From the NCBI GenBank assembly GCA_016222815.1, contig JACRQE010000007.1, positions 3,073 through 67,072 of the forward strand: DNA of 64,000 nt. The letters are read 5' to 3'. The position numbers and the translations under genes are program-made. Below are positions 45,300 through 54,915 of the stretch, piece by piece (the first letter of the stretch is position 1; the number at the start of each line of letters is the position of its first letter). Source of the stretch: Candidatus Uhrbacteria bacterium (lineage in GTDB: Bacteria > Patescibacteriota > Patescibacteriia > 2-12-FULL-60-25). The notes below the pieces were generated by a model, which worked only from the letters and a program-made list of their open reading frames with translations, was not told the origin of the DNA and did not search any database.

Positions 45300-47153
45300 T
45301 CAGCGCTTCTCGCCCTCGACCGTCGCCTTGATCCGCCTCACCCCAGCAGACACCGCCTCTTCCTTTTGTATCTTGAACGCCCCCAACTCGCCCGTATGCG
45401 TCACATGAGGCCCGCCGCAGATTTCTTTCGAAAAATCACCCACCGTGTAGACGCTGACCTTATCGCCGTATTTCTGCTCGAATAACCCGATAGCGCCTGT
45501 GGATTTAGCTTCATCAACAGTCATCTCTTCACGCGTCACCGGCAAGTCGCGCCGGATTGCATCGTTCACCAAATCCTCGACCTGTTTGATTTCTTCGGGT
45601 GTCATCTTTTGGGCATGCGAAAAATCGAAACGCAGCCTTTCCGCGGTGATATTGCTCCCCTTCTGCGCCACATGGTCGCCGAGGACGCTTCTCAAAGCCT
45701 TTTGGAGCAGATGCGTCGCCGTATGCAGCCGTGTCGTCTCGACCGAATGTTCGGCTAAACCGCCCTTAAAGGCACCGGCTGAAGCTGTCCGCGACAGTTC
45801 CTGATGTTTTTCGAACTCACGTTTGAAGGCTTCGACATCCAGATTGCCGCCCCGCTCCCCGACCAGCTCTTGCGTCAATTCCAACGGGAATCCATAGGTC
45901 GAGAAAAGGATGAAAGCCTCCTCGCCCGTAATTACGTGGTCGGCCATCATGCTTTCGAATTCCTTCAGTCCCTTCTCTATGGTTTTATCGAATTTTTCCT
46001 CTTCCTGCATGATGGCATCGATGACTTTGGTTCGGTTCGTCTCCAGTTCGGCATAATGTCCGCCGAATTCGCCGATGACTACGCCGGCCAAATGCGACAG
46101 AAACGGTTCGCGGATGCCCAGTCTCCGGCCTTCGCGCACCGCCCGACGGATAAGCCGACGGACGATATATCCCTGGCCAACGTTTGAGGGCAAAACGCCG
46201 CGCGGATCGCCGATGATGAAGGTCGCGGCCCGTGCGTGGTCTGCGATGATACGCATGGACCGCGTTGCCGCATCGTCAGTCCCGTATTTCTTGCCCGACT
46301 TCCCCTCGACAGCCGAAATCAGCACCTGGAACTCCTGAAGATCGAAAACCGTCTGAGCGCCGTTCAACACGGCGGTCGTCCTTTCCAATCCCATGCCCGT
46401 ATCCACGTTCTTCGAGGGCAGCGGTTTGAGTTGGCCGCCCTCCTCTTCGCGCTGGAACTGCATGAACACATTGTTCCAAATCTCGACAAACCTGCCGCAA
46501 TCACAGTTGGGATGGCAGACCTGGCCGTATGCCGGGTCATGGGCTTTTCCGGTATCGTAAAAAATCTCGGTATCCGGTCCGCACAGTCCCTTCATCTTCG
46601 GATCAGGCCACCAATTCTTGGATTTCGGGTATGCGAAGATGCGCGCTCCCCTGTTGGTTGACGCCGGCTCATCCCGTCCCGCCACACCGACCTCTGCCGC
46701 GATGTCGTGCATCCCGAACTGGGCTTGCCAGATGGCGACCGACTCCTCGTCCCGCGGCGCATCCTGGTCGCCTTCGAAAACGGAAACGTAAATCTTCAAC
46801 GGATCAAGGCCCAGCCATTCTTTATCGGTCAGGAATTCATACGACCAACCGATCGATTCAGGTTTGAAGTAATCCCCCAGGGACCAGTTCCCCAGCATTT
46901 CGAAGAACGTCAGGTGTCTATTGTCTCCGACTTCTTCGATATCACCGGTCCGGATGCACTTTTGGCTGTTTGCCAGACGGACACCCATAGGATGCGCCTG
47001 TCCTTTCAGATATGGGATAAGCGGATGCATCCCGGCCATGGTGAACAGCACCGTGGGGTCGTTTTCGGGGATCAATGATGCCGAAGGTATCACGGCATGT
47101 CCTTTGCTCTTGAAGAAATCAAGATATTTTTGGCGTATTTCGGATAATGTCAT
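45300..47153 (-). CDS. alaS: Alanine--tRNA ligase, short form lacking the C-Ala/DHHA1 domain (617 aa)
   Basis: Class II catalytic core, tRNA-recognition domain and editing domain (HTATHLL, CGGPHV). Ends after the editing domain. Confidence 0.93.
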   Translation of the reverse strand: MTLSEIRQKYLDFFKSKGHAVIPSASLIPENDPTVLFTMAGMHPLIPYLKGQAHPMGVRLANSQKCIRTGDIEEVGDNRHLTFFEMLGNWSLGDYFKPESIGWSYEFLTDKEWLGLDPLKIYVSVFEGDQDAPRDEESVAIWQAQFGMHDIAAEVGVAGRDEPASTNRGARIFAYPKSKNWWPDPKMKGLCGPDTEIFYDTGKAHDPAYGQVCHPNCDCGRFVEIWNNVFMQFQREEEGGQLKPLPSKNVDTGMGLERTTAVLNGAQTVFDLQEFQVLISAVEGKSGKKYGTDDAATRSMRIIADHARAATFIIGDPRGVLPSNVGQGYIVRRLIRRAVREGRRLGIREPFLSHLAGVVIGEFGGHYAELETNRTKVIDAIMQEEEKFDKTIEKGLKEFESMMADHVITGEEAFILFSTYGFPLELTQELVGERGGNLDVEAFKREFEKHQELSRTASAGAFKGGLAEHSVETTRLHTATHLLQKALRSVLGDHVAQKGSNITAERLRFDFSHAQKMTPEEIKQVEDLVNDAIRRDLPVTREEMTVDEAKSTGAIGLFEQKYGDKVSVYTVGDFSKEICGGPHVTHTGELGAFKIQKEEAVSAGVRRIKATVEGEKR

Positions 47154-47171
47154 ATGCGGCTTTTCGGTCGT

Positions 47172-47192
47172 ATGCTACATGCTACATGCTTC
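47172..47192. repeat. Tandem heptamer repeat ATGCTAC ATGCTAC ATGCTTC
   Basis: Same unit as at priA but inverted relative to the downstream gene. Lies 18 nt 5' of the alaS ATG (minus strand), in a 50-nt intergenic gap. Confidence 0.85.
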
Positions 47193-47203
47193 ATGACTCG
47201 TGT

Positions 47204-48034
47204 TCAAGACACGTCACCCACGGACATGCTGGTCACATTTTCCACCGTATTCAGCGGCTCCGGCGGATTCACAGACCCTTTTTTGCTGAAGAGCTGATGG
47301 TAAACGAGCTCGGCCTGGTTGGCGAAAACTTTCAGCAGCGAAATCTCGACGTCATTGATCTTCGCGGCATCTACCGCCAACAGTAGATAAGCCTTGACCG
47401 CCGAATCCTTGCGGTCAGAAGGGATGGCTAAAATCTCACGGCCGTCTTCAGTCTGCATGAACGCATGCGTAGAGCCGAACTGGTGCAAGTTGCGCAGCTC
47501 TTTATTCGCCACCTTCAAAGCCTTGCCGCGCAGATTCTCGTGGTAATACTCGCGTTCCGTCCTGAGCCGCTCAAGTTCGATGAACCTGATCATGGCGCCC
47601 TTGGCATTGACGCTGGCTGAGGCATTAGATACCAGGGCTTTCATCAAATCCTTCTCGTAAGCCTCGGATCCGACTAGGGTCAACGAGGTCTGGTTGACCA
47701 GCGATTTCAGCACGTCGATTTGTCGGTTGACCGAACCGATATATTTATAAGACTCGAGCAGCTCTTTCACTGCCCGTTCCGACTGTGATACGGCCTCATC
47801 CCTTTCTTTGAGGCGCCTCTCCATCATGCGTTCGAACAACGAAACGGTCATCAAGCCGGCCATGCCGAAGATGAATATCAGTACCTCTTCGAAGTGCTCT
47901 TCAGGTATGCCGAAAAAACCCCTCCGCACCAAAGAAGGCGAGAGCACGGCTAAAACGAAAAACAAAAGGTAGACCAACGAAATCCACTCCGGTTTTTTGA
48001 TTAATTCGTTTTTGATGCTCATTCTTTTATCCAT
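47204..48034 (-). CDS. Membrane-anchored hypothetical protein (possible GAF-like sensor domain)
   Basis: Start placed at ATG 48034. 2 TM, a coiled coil and an alpha/beta C-terminal domain. Weak assignment. Confidence 0.45.
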   Translation of the reverse strand: MDKRMSIKNELIKKPEWISLVYLLFFVLAVLSPSLVRRGFFGIPEEHFEEVLIFIFGMAGLMTVSLFERMMERRLKERDEAVSQSERAVKELLESYKYIGSVNRQIDVLKSLVNQTSLTLVGSEAYEKDLMKALVSNASASVNAKGAMIRFIELERLRTEREYYHENLRGKALKVANKELRNLHQFGSTHAFMQTEDGREILAIPSDRKDSAVKAYLLLAVDAAKINDVEISLLKVFANQAELVYHQLFSKKGSVNPPEPLNTVENVTSMSVGDVS

Positions 48035-48057
48035 ACGACCGATCCGGTTGATTCGAT

Positions 48058-49137
48058 TCAGGCGATCAAGCCTCCGCCAAGGCACTCCATGCCGCGATAA
48101 ATCACGGCTGATTGGCCAGATGCCACGGCTTTGACCGGTTGCCTAAAATTTAATTTGAATGCGCCTTTGCTCCCCGCGGCAAGTACGGCCTTTACCGAGC
48201 TTTGACGGTACCGTACCTGCACCGAACAGTCCAAAGGCAGTTTCGGGACCTTACCGGTACACCATCGCACGTCGTGTATCTCGAGGCTATTCCGGTAAAG
48301 CAGCGGATTATCCGCGCCCTGCACCACGACCAGCCTGTTGTTTTTTACGTCCTTCCCGGCTACGAACCATGGCGACGTTCCTTTGGCCACCTGAATCCGT
48401 TCACGCTGGCCGATTGTGAATGCATCCAGGCCTTGATGTCTGCCGATTACCGCGCCATCTTGGTCCACGATATCCCCCGGTTTAGGTTTGATTTTCTTGC
48501 GTAAGAAGTCGACCATGTCCAATTTGCCGATGAAGCAAATCCCCTGGCTATCCGGTTTTTCCGCGACTGGCAGTTTCAGCCTCCGCGCCAAATCCCTGAC
48601 CTGGGACTTCTTCATCTGTCCGATCGGGAAAAACGTGCGGCCCAGTGCCTCTTGCGGTACGCGGTATAAAAAATAGGATTGGTCTTTGTCGGGATCCAAA
48701 CCTCGAAGCAGATGCGCCACGCCATCCCGACCGCGTTTGACGCGAGCATAATGGCCGGTGGCGATGAATTCGGCGCCAAGCCTTTTAGCCGCTTCGAAGA
48801 ACATCCCGAATTTGATTGCCTCATTGCACAACACGTCTGGATTCGGCGTTTCGCCCGCCGCATAACCTCGGAACAAATCTCCCACGATTTTTTTTCGGTA
48901 TTCTTTCTCGAAATCAAAAGTCAGGAGCGGCACGCCAAGCTTGGCCGCGACCCGCATGGCATCCCGCCTCTCGCCGCGCCATGCGCACTCCCCCGTCTGC
49001 AGGTCCTTCGAATCGCTCCAATTCTTGATAAAACCGCCAACCACCCGATATCCGCGCTTCACGAGCAAAGCCGCGGCTACGCTAGAATCCACGCCGCCCG
49101 ACATACCGACCAGGACTGTCGCTCCTGCCTTTGGCAT
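48058..49137 (-). CDS. mnmA: tRNA 2-thiouridine(34) synthase MnmA
   Basis: PP-loop VGMSGGVDSSVAA and ..KDQSYFLY... Confidence 0.95.
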   Translation of the reverse strand: MPKAGATVLVGMSGGVDSSVAAALLVKRGYRVVGGFIKNWSDSKDLQTGECAWRGERRDAMRVAAKLGVPLLTFDFEKEYRKKIVGDLFRGYAAGETPNPDVLCNEAIKFGMFFEAAKRLGAEFIATGHYARVKRGRDGVAHLLRGLDPDKDQSYFLYRVPQEALGRTFFPIGQMKKSQVRDLARRLKLPVAEKPDSQGICFIGKLDMVDFLRKKIKPKPGDIVDQDGAVIGRHQGLDAFTIGQRERIQVAKGTSPWFVAGKDVKNNRLVVVQGADNPLLYRNSLEIHDVRWCTGKVPKLPLDCSVQVRYRQSSVKAVLAAGSKGAFKLNFRQPVKAVASGQSAVIYRGMECLGGGLIA

Positions 49138-49140
49138 AAG

Positions 49141-50178
49141 CTATTCCTCCTCGTCCTTTTTGTTCCCGGCCAGTCCAGCCAATTGTCCGCAGGCGGCTTT
49201 GATGTCTTCGCCGAACGAAACCCTGAATGTGACGGGTATGCCGCGGTCCCGTAGGATCTGCATGAACCTGTCGCGAGTGTCTTGCCCAGATGCTTTGAAT
49301 TTCCCTGTATCGTGGTATTTGATCAGGTTCACCTGGTATAGACGGGCATTGTGCCCCAAAAGCTCTGCCAATTCATGCGCTGCGGAGTCCGAATCGTTCA
49401 CGTCTTCGAGCAGCAGATATTCGAACATGACTTTGCGGTTTGTTTTGGCCGTATATTCATCCAGAGCATCCATCAGGGCATTCAGCGGATAGGCCTTGTT
49501 GACCGGCATTATCTGCGTCCTGACGCGATCATCGGCCGAATGCAGCGATATCGCGAGGTTCACCTGCATATCCTCATCCGCCATTTTCTTGATGCCCGGG
49601 ACTATACCGCAGGTCGAAACCGTGATGTGGCGTGCTCCCAGCCCAAAACCATCCGGGTCGTTCAGCATGCGCACGGCCTGCATCACGCTGTCGTAATTAT
49701 TGAAAGGTTCGCCCATGCCCATGAAAACCACGTTGGTCACATGCGCACCCTCTGCCTTCAGACGCCGGGCGAAAAAAATAACCTGTTCTACGATCTCATC
49801 GGCAGTCAGATTACGCTTGAAACCCTGGGCCCCGGTGGCGCAGAAAGAACAGCCCATCGGACAACCGGCCTGGCTCGAAACGCACACCGTATTCCGACCC
49901 GACCTGCTCCGCATGAGCACCGCTTCAATCAATTGTCCGTCCGCGCAAGAGAATAAGACCTTATCCGTATCCCCGCGCTTGCTTGATTGCACGGTCACGG
50001 CCTTTAACGAATCCCAAGGCACTTGTTCTTCCAACGCTTCACGTAACGCCTTAGGGAAGGTGGAGAGGTTCTCCCAACCACCTTGAAGTTCGACATAAAA
50101 AGCCCGCTTGGCTTGGGCCAAACGGAATGCCGGTTCCCGGCGGTCATCTAGGGTCTTTTGGACTGCGTCAATATTCAT
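49141..50178 (-). CDS. rlmN: 23S rRNA/tRNA adenine-C2 methyltransferase RlmN (radical SAM)
   Basis: CPMGCSFCATG radical-SAM cluster motif. Start placed at ATG 50178, giving an ATGA overlap with the upstream gene. Confidence 0.93.
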   Translation of the reverse strand: MNIDAVQKTLDDRREPAFRLAQAKRAFYVELQGGWENLSTFPKALREALEEQVPWDSLKAVTVQSSKRGDTDKVLFSCADGQLIEAVLMRSRSGRNTVCVSSQAGCPMGCSFCATGAQGFKRNLTADEIVEQVIFFARRLKAEGAHVTNVVFMGMGEPFNNYDSVMQAVRMLNDPDGFGLGARHITVSTCGIVPGIKKMADEDMQVNLAISLHSADDRVRTQIMPVNKAYPLNALMDALDEYTAKTNRKVMFEYLLLEDVNDSDSAAHELAELLGHNARLYQVNLIKYHDTGKFKASGQDTRDRFMQILRDRGIPVTFRVSFGEDIKAACGQLAGLAGNKKDEEE

Positions 50179-51101
50179 TTTGCGACCGTCAATTGGGATG
50201 ACGGACTCCAATCATAGGCTTTCCAGGCCCAGTTGGCAAGGGATTTGGCCGAGGCAAAACTAGCGTTCTTGGTCGGCGAACCCAAAACCACCACTAAGAC
50301 CTGGGGACCTCCATCCATGGGCCTCATCTGGACCACCAGGTTATACAACGCCTCATCGATATAGCCGGTCTTGCCTCCGATAACCCACAAATCATCATCC
50401 ATGGTCAAAAGATGGTTCGTGTTTTTGACTGTTTTCACGACCTTGGGATTAGCGACCGTGAACTTATAAGCCATAGTCGAAGCCGCCCGCCTGATCGTCA
50501 TATTAGAAAAAGCGGTTTGGGCCAGCTTCGCCATCTCGGCTGCGGTCGTCACGTTTTTTTCGCTTAAACCAGTCGGTTCCTCAAATTTCGTGTCTTTTAG
50601 TCCCAAAGCCTTGGCTTTGGCGTTCATCTCTTTAACAAAACCCTTGATCCCCAGGCCAGATAACCTGGCCAACGACATGGTCGTATTGTTAGCGCTTCCC
50701 ACGATACTCGAATAGAACATGTCTTGGACCGTCATTTTTGATCCGGCTTTGACCGCCAACCTACCTCCGCCGACCTCATCCTGTCCTAGCAGTGAAACCG
50801 TCTTACCCCAAGGCTGATGATGGTCGAGCGTGACCAATGCGGACATCAATTTTGACAAACTGGCCGCCGGCCACTGCTTTCCTGATTGGTATGCGTAAAG
50901 CGTCTCCCCGCTTTTGGCGTCAATCACTACGGCACTCACGAACTCACTGTCCGCCCGCTGGTACCGCATTGCTCCAGACCTGAATTCCGGACCGGTTCCG
51001 GCCGCATTTGCCGGTGAAATCGATAAAATCAGCGCTGCTAATGCCGTGATTATGACCAAATATCCCGATTTCATGCCGCTCATGATGCTATTTTCTCTCA
51101 T
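50175..51101 (-). CDS. D-alanyl-D-alanine carboxypeptidase (S11 PBP)
   Basis: Signal peptide plus SxxK (ASLSKLM), SxN (GSANN) and KTG (GGKTGY). Confidence 0.88.
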   Translation of the reverse strand: MRENSIMSGMKSGYLVIITALAALILSISPANAAGTGPEFRSGAMRYQRADSEFVSAVVIDAKSGETLYAYQSGKQWPAASLSKLMSALVTLDHHQPWGKTVSLLGQDEVGGGRLAVKAGSKMTVQDMFYSSIVGSANNTTMSLARLSGLGIKGFVKEMNAKAKALGLKDTKFEEPTGLSEKNVTTAAEMAKLAQTAFSNMTIRRAASTMAYKFTVANPKVVKTVKNTNHLLTMDDDLWVIGGKTGYIDEALYNLVVQMRPMDGGPQVLVVVLGSPTKNASFASAKSLANWAWKAYDWSPSSQLTVAK

Positions 51102-51114
51102 ACGCTGATTTCGG

Positions 51115-51921
51115 TCAACGAACTATGCTTATCCTTGTCCCTACCGGTGTCCAATCATACATGGTTTTGGCCGGCCCGACGCCCAAACGCACACAGCCTC
51201 CAGAGGCCGGTGTTCCCAGGTGGTTTTCCCCTTCCTTGCGTCCGTTTGGCCACTCCGGCAGTTCATGGATACCCATACCGCTCAACGAAAACTGCATCCA
51301 CCAAGGCATCCAAAGTTTCGCGTGGTTCGACCAGGCGCGTGGGTTCTTGTTCATCACTTTATATTCACCGGGCGGTGTTGCCGCGCCTTTGCGGCCGGTA
51401 GACACCTTATACTTGGCCACCACGACCCCGCCCAAGGTTTGACTCATCTCCTGGGTCGATAATTTAATCAAAATCTTTTTGGCCAAAGGCGCTTTTGATG
51501 TAGAGGTTGGGGAAAAAGCCGAGTCGACTTCCTTACCATCCGAAAAACCGTCACCGTCAGTATCAGCGTCCGTCGGATCTGCTCCGAAAAGCAGCTCCAT
51601 GCGGTCATCCAATCCATCAATATCAAAATCCTTGGGCGACGTCTCCCCTTTGCCTAACGGATTGAATCCATTCTTCACCTCCAGGAAATCGGCGTAACCG
51701 TCGGAATCCGTATCAGCTTTCGACGGATCTGTCCCGAAAACGCGACTCTCCCATTCATCCGGCAAACCATCGCAGTCAGCGTCGGCCGTGCCGCGTATTT
51801 GGCAGTTGGATTTTTCGGCCGCATAGGCTCTTTGCGGCGCGCCAAAACAAATCATTAAAGCAACAGCCAGCAGGAACGGCAGTCCCAGTCCTCCGACGAT
51901 TTTTATACGTTGGAGTTTCAT
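51115..51921 (-). CDS. L,D-transpeptidase (YkuD) with N-terminal thrombospondin-type-3-like Ca-binding repeats
   Basis: Repeated DxDxDGxxDxxE motifs (DADCDGLPDEWE, DTDSDGYADFLE, DTDGDGFSDGKE). YkuD catalytic end ..HLGTPASGGCVRL... Confidence 0.85.
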   Translation of the reverse strand: MKLQRIKIVGGLGLPFLLAVALMICFGAPQRAYAAEKSNCQIRGTADADCDGLPDEWESRVFGTDPSKADTDSDGYADFLEVKNGFNPLGKGETSPKDFDIDGLDDRMELLFGADPTDADTDGDGFSDGKEVDSAFSPTSTSKAPLAKKILIKLSTQEMSQTLGGVVVAKYKVSTGRKGAATPPGEYKVMNKNPRAWSNHAKLWMPWWMQFSLSGMGIHELPEWPNGRKEGENHLGTPASGGCVRLGVGPAKTMYDWTPVGTRISIVR

Positions 51922-51922
51922 C

Positions 51923-52597
51923 TCATCCGCGCATTATTTCCAACAGCCAATCTGCGATCTTGTCAGGGAGTTTGCTGTCTGTCTTGAACAAATCAGTACC
52001 GTGCGCCGGTCCCTTGTATGGCAAAAATATCTTTTTCTCTACCGGTGCTATCTCAAAAAGCTTCTGGCTATCCTTGAAGCTTTGTTCATCCTGTTCTGCC
52101 GCCGCTATGTAGAGGGCTTGATATTCAGGCAAGTTTTGAGATTCCTCCAACGCGCTGATGCCTCGGTAATCCGCTCCGGGCGAGAGCAATACCCCGCAGG
52201 GCGTGCTCGGACGGCTGACCATGGTCGCAATCGCCAAATTCGCCCCGAACGACGCACCTCCCAGTGCGATGCGGCTGATATCCAAACCCCGGTTCGCGAC
52301 CCAATCCACTGCAGTATACGCATCATTCAGGGAGAGCCTGTGTTCCGCATCCGTAAACTCGCGATGGTCCAAAATCGCTCCCTCGTAACCCTTGGTGCTC
52401 TCCCCGTGCCCGCGCAAGTCTATAGCCAATGATGCGATGCCTCTTTTGGCGCAAGCGGACTGCAACGGCGCCCAAGAAGTTTTTGTCTCGCGCATCATGT
52501 GGAACAGGACGATGGCTCCGATCATGGTCGGTGTCGTATACCAGTCCCCGACGATCGTTATCTCATCTGCCGTCTTGAAAGTAATTCGTTCTGGCAT
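51923..52597 (-). CDS. Alpha/beta hydrolase (dienelactone-hydrolase-like)
   Basis: 224 aa with nucleophile elbow GGASFGA and ..GPAHGTDLF... Confidence 0.7.
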   Translation of the reverse strand: MPERITFKTADEITIVGDWYTTPTMIGAIVLFHMMRETKTSWAPLQSACAKRGIASLAIDLRGHGESTKGYEGAILDHREFTDAEHRLSLNDAYTAVDWVANRGLDISRIALGGASFGANLAIATMVSRPSTPCGVLLSPGADYRGISALEESQNLPEYQALYIAAAEQDEQSFKDSQKLFEIAPVEKKIFLPYKGPAHGTDLFKTDSKLPDKIADWLLEIMRG

Positions 52598-52621
52598 ATT
52601 TCTGGGATTAACATTTGTGAT

Positions 52622-54850
52622 CTAAAGCTGAATGTCGGTTTCCGTAGGCTCGCCGTCCTTCGTCATCCCCGGTGCCGCTTTAGGCGCATGCCCCGAAGCA
52701 TACGGGTTTTTCCCATGCGAGAAACGCTTATCCAGCGGATTCACGGTGGCTGGGAGTTCAACCCGGACCTCGAAAGCTCCCGGCTCTGATGGCTGGTTTT
52801 GCGTTGTCGGACGGTTGGTGGGCGGTGAATGCTTGAACACGGTCGGCGTGGCCGGTGCCGTCTCATTGGCCGATGTTCCCTGATGTCTGATGTCCTGTGT
52901 CAGTTTATCTTTGTCGGTCTCGACTTTTCCGCCTTTTCCTTTGGTCAGCTCGGCCAACAAACTCATCCGGTCGTCGTCGCCAGTGTCCGCCGGTACGAAC
53001 CTTATCGTGGCCTTGGGCGGAGCCGGAGGCAAAGACCTGGTTTCGCCGGTGAACCTTGGCTTATTCGGTTGATGCTTAGGCGGCCGGCTCGGTCCGCGTT
53101 CCGCTGCCGAAAAAGTATCCCGCAATTTCGTTTCGAGCTTGTTGGCCGGCCGTGCATCCTCGAATTTCCCGCCTCGCAATTCGGCAGCCCTCGTATCGCC
53201 ATGCAATCCGACGCGCGAAACCGTGGTCTTAAGCTTCCGTTCTTCACGGACGATCGGCAGGCACTCGGCGCAATAGATGGGCCGTGACGCATCAAGCTGG
53301 ATGGGCATATCCCAAACTTTTCCGCATCGGGTGCACGTATGGCTGAATTTCGGCTTGTCTTTCTTTTGTCCTTGCGGTGGTTTGACGATGGACGCTAGTC
53401 TCTCGTCTGAAATCTTGAGATATTCGCCTCCGCCACCGCTTTCGTTTTCTTCTTCGAAAGATTTCGGTTTTTCCGTCCCTCCACTGGCTTCTTCGGCTTC
53501 CCGCTCATCCTCCGTCTTTATGTCCGGATATTCCAATTTCTCGCCATCGCCTAATTCCATGCCGCTCCAACGCAAGACCTTTTCTTCGATCAACGCTTTC
53601 GGCGTAGCGTAGCGTTCGCGCGATACCGCGATAACCTTTTCCGTGCTCTGTGTCCGCTGTGCGATCGGCGGCAGGGTGTTGGCCGAAAAAGGCTGAGTCG
53701 CGGCGCCATCCACCATGAGTTTCAGGTAAATCTCGAATTTAGTCAGGTTGACCAGGTCTTCAGGCGTATACACGGGCATGAACTCGTTCTCCATGAAAGC
53801 CGCGTCCTCGGTGCCGACACGGAAGATAATCAGCGTTCCGACGTTGCCGAACACGGCCCAAGCCACCTCTTCGGCCAGCTGCTTGATGTACTGGTGCGCC
53901 ACAATCAGGTTCAGGTGGTATTTGCGCGCTTCAGACAGGATGTTGGCGAAAGATTCGTTCGCGAAGTTCTGGAATTCGTCGACGTACAGATAGAAATCGC
54001 GGCGCTCGGCTTCCGGCATGTCCACGCGCTCCATGGCTGTCAATTGGAGTTTGGTGATGATGATGCCGCCCAAAAGCCGCATGTTATCTTCACCGATGCG
54101 TCCTTTCGACAGGTTCACGATCAGAATCTTCCCCTCGTCCATGATGCGCCGCATGTCCACCGTGGATTTGACTTGCGCCACGATGTTGCGGATGACGGAC
54201 GCGGACAAGAATTGCCCGACCTTGTTCTGCACCGGCGCGATTGCTTCTGTCGCGTATTTCTCAGACCATGAGGAGAATTCCGCCACCCAAAAAGTCTTGA
54301 CTATCGGGTCGCGGATTTTGGCGATGACGCGTTTGCGGTATTCGACATCGACCAGCAGGCGGCTGATGCCGAGCAGGGTCGCTCCCGGATAATCCAGCAG
54401 GGCTAAGACGCAGTTCTGCAGGATGTATTCCATGCGCGGGCTCCACACATCCGGCCAGATCTTCTTGAACACGTTCATGAGCCCGGCGGCTATCAGGTGC
54501 TTTTGGCTGTCGTCTACGGTCTCTAGGATGTTGAACCCCAGCGGGTAATCCATGTCCGCCGGATTGAAATAGACCACGTCATTGATGCGGTAAGACGGGA
54601 TGTAATCCAGTATCTTCTCTGCCGTATCGCCGTGCGGATCCACGTAACACACGCCGTGCCCGGCCATGATGTCGGACAGGATCATATTCTCCATGAGCGT
54701 GGTCTTGCCCATGCCGGTTTTGCCCAGGATGTACATGTGCCGACGCCTGTCGTCCGTCTTGATGCCGAAACGCCTCTTCGCATTCCTAAAATTCGTCTCT
54801 GCGAAGAGCGTTATCTCGTTTTCATGGTCATGGTTATATTCAATCGGCAT
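52622..54850 (-). CDS. VirD4/TraD-like (DUF87/HerA-like) P-loop ATPase with C-terminal zinc ribbon and long disordered tail
   Basis: Walker A GKTGMGKTT, ..CYVDPHGD.., Walker B FYLYVDEFQNFA. CxxC-x17-CxxC at aa 506-530 (CTRCGKVWDMPIQLDASRPIYCAEC), then about 210 aa rich in Pro, Gly, Lys and Thr. Confidence 0.8.
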   Translation of the reverse strand: MPIEYNHDHENEITLFAETNFRNAKRRFGIKTDDRRRHMYILGKTGMGKTTLMENMILSDIMAGHGVCYVDPHGDTAEKILDYIPSYRINDVVYFNPADMDYPLGFNILETVDDSQKHLIAAGLMNVFKKIWPDVWSPRMEYILQNCVLALLDYPGATLLGISRLLVDVEYRKRVIAKIRDPIVKTFWVAEFSSWSEKYATEAIAPVQNKVGQFLSASVIRNIVAQVKSTVDMRRIMDEGKILIVNLSKGRIGEDNMRLLGGIIITKLQLTAMERVDMPEAERRDFYLYVDEFQNFANESFANILSEARKYHLNLIVAHQYIKQLAEEVAWAVFGNVGTLIIFRVGTEDAAFMENEFMPVYTPEDLVNLTKFEIYLKLMVDGAATQPFSANTLPPIAQRTQSTEKVIAVSRERYATPKALIEEKVLRWSGMELGDGEKLEYPDIKTEDEREAEEASGGTEKPKSFEEENESGGGGEYLKISDERLASIVKPPQGQKKDKPKFSHTCTRCGKVWDMPIQLDASRPIYCAECLPIVREERKLKTTVSRVGLHGDTRAAELRGGKFEDARPANKLETKLRDTFSAAERGPSRPPKHQPNKPRFTGETRSLPPAPPKATIRFVPADTGDDDRMSLLAELTKGKGGKVETDKDKLTQDIRHQGTSANETAPATPTVFKHSPPTNRPTTQNQPSEPGAFEVRVELPATVNPLDKRFSHGKNPYASGHAPKAAPGMTKDGEPTETDIQL

Positions 54851-54884
54851 AAGAGGGAAAGATCGGACGAAAGAGCGAATCTCT

Positions 54885-54912
54885 GTACCAAGTACTAAGT
54901 ACCAGGTACTGA
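54885..54912. repeat. Tandem heptamer repeat, 4 units GTACYRR
   Basis: gtaccaa gtactaa gtaccag gtactga. Lies 3 nt from the stop of the upstream gene and 34 nt 5' of the ATPase ATG (minus strand). Confidence 0.85.
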
Positions 54913-54915
54913 TTG

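Noticed and set aside
48654-48667. Two heptamers gcggtac gcggtat inside mnmA
   Set aside because: Only two units are present, and they encode YRVPQ directly after the KDQSYFLY motif of MnmA. This is most simply a coincidence, so I did not count it as a member of the heptamer family.
50175-50178. Alternative genetic code (UGA recoded, as in some CPR lineages)
   Set aside because: TGA serves as the stop at several ATGA gene junctions (50175-50178, 36515-36518, 35805-35808), and the long ORFs are intact under the standard code.
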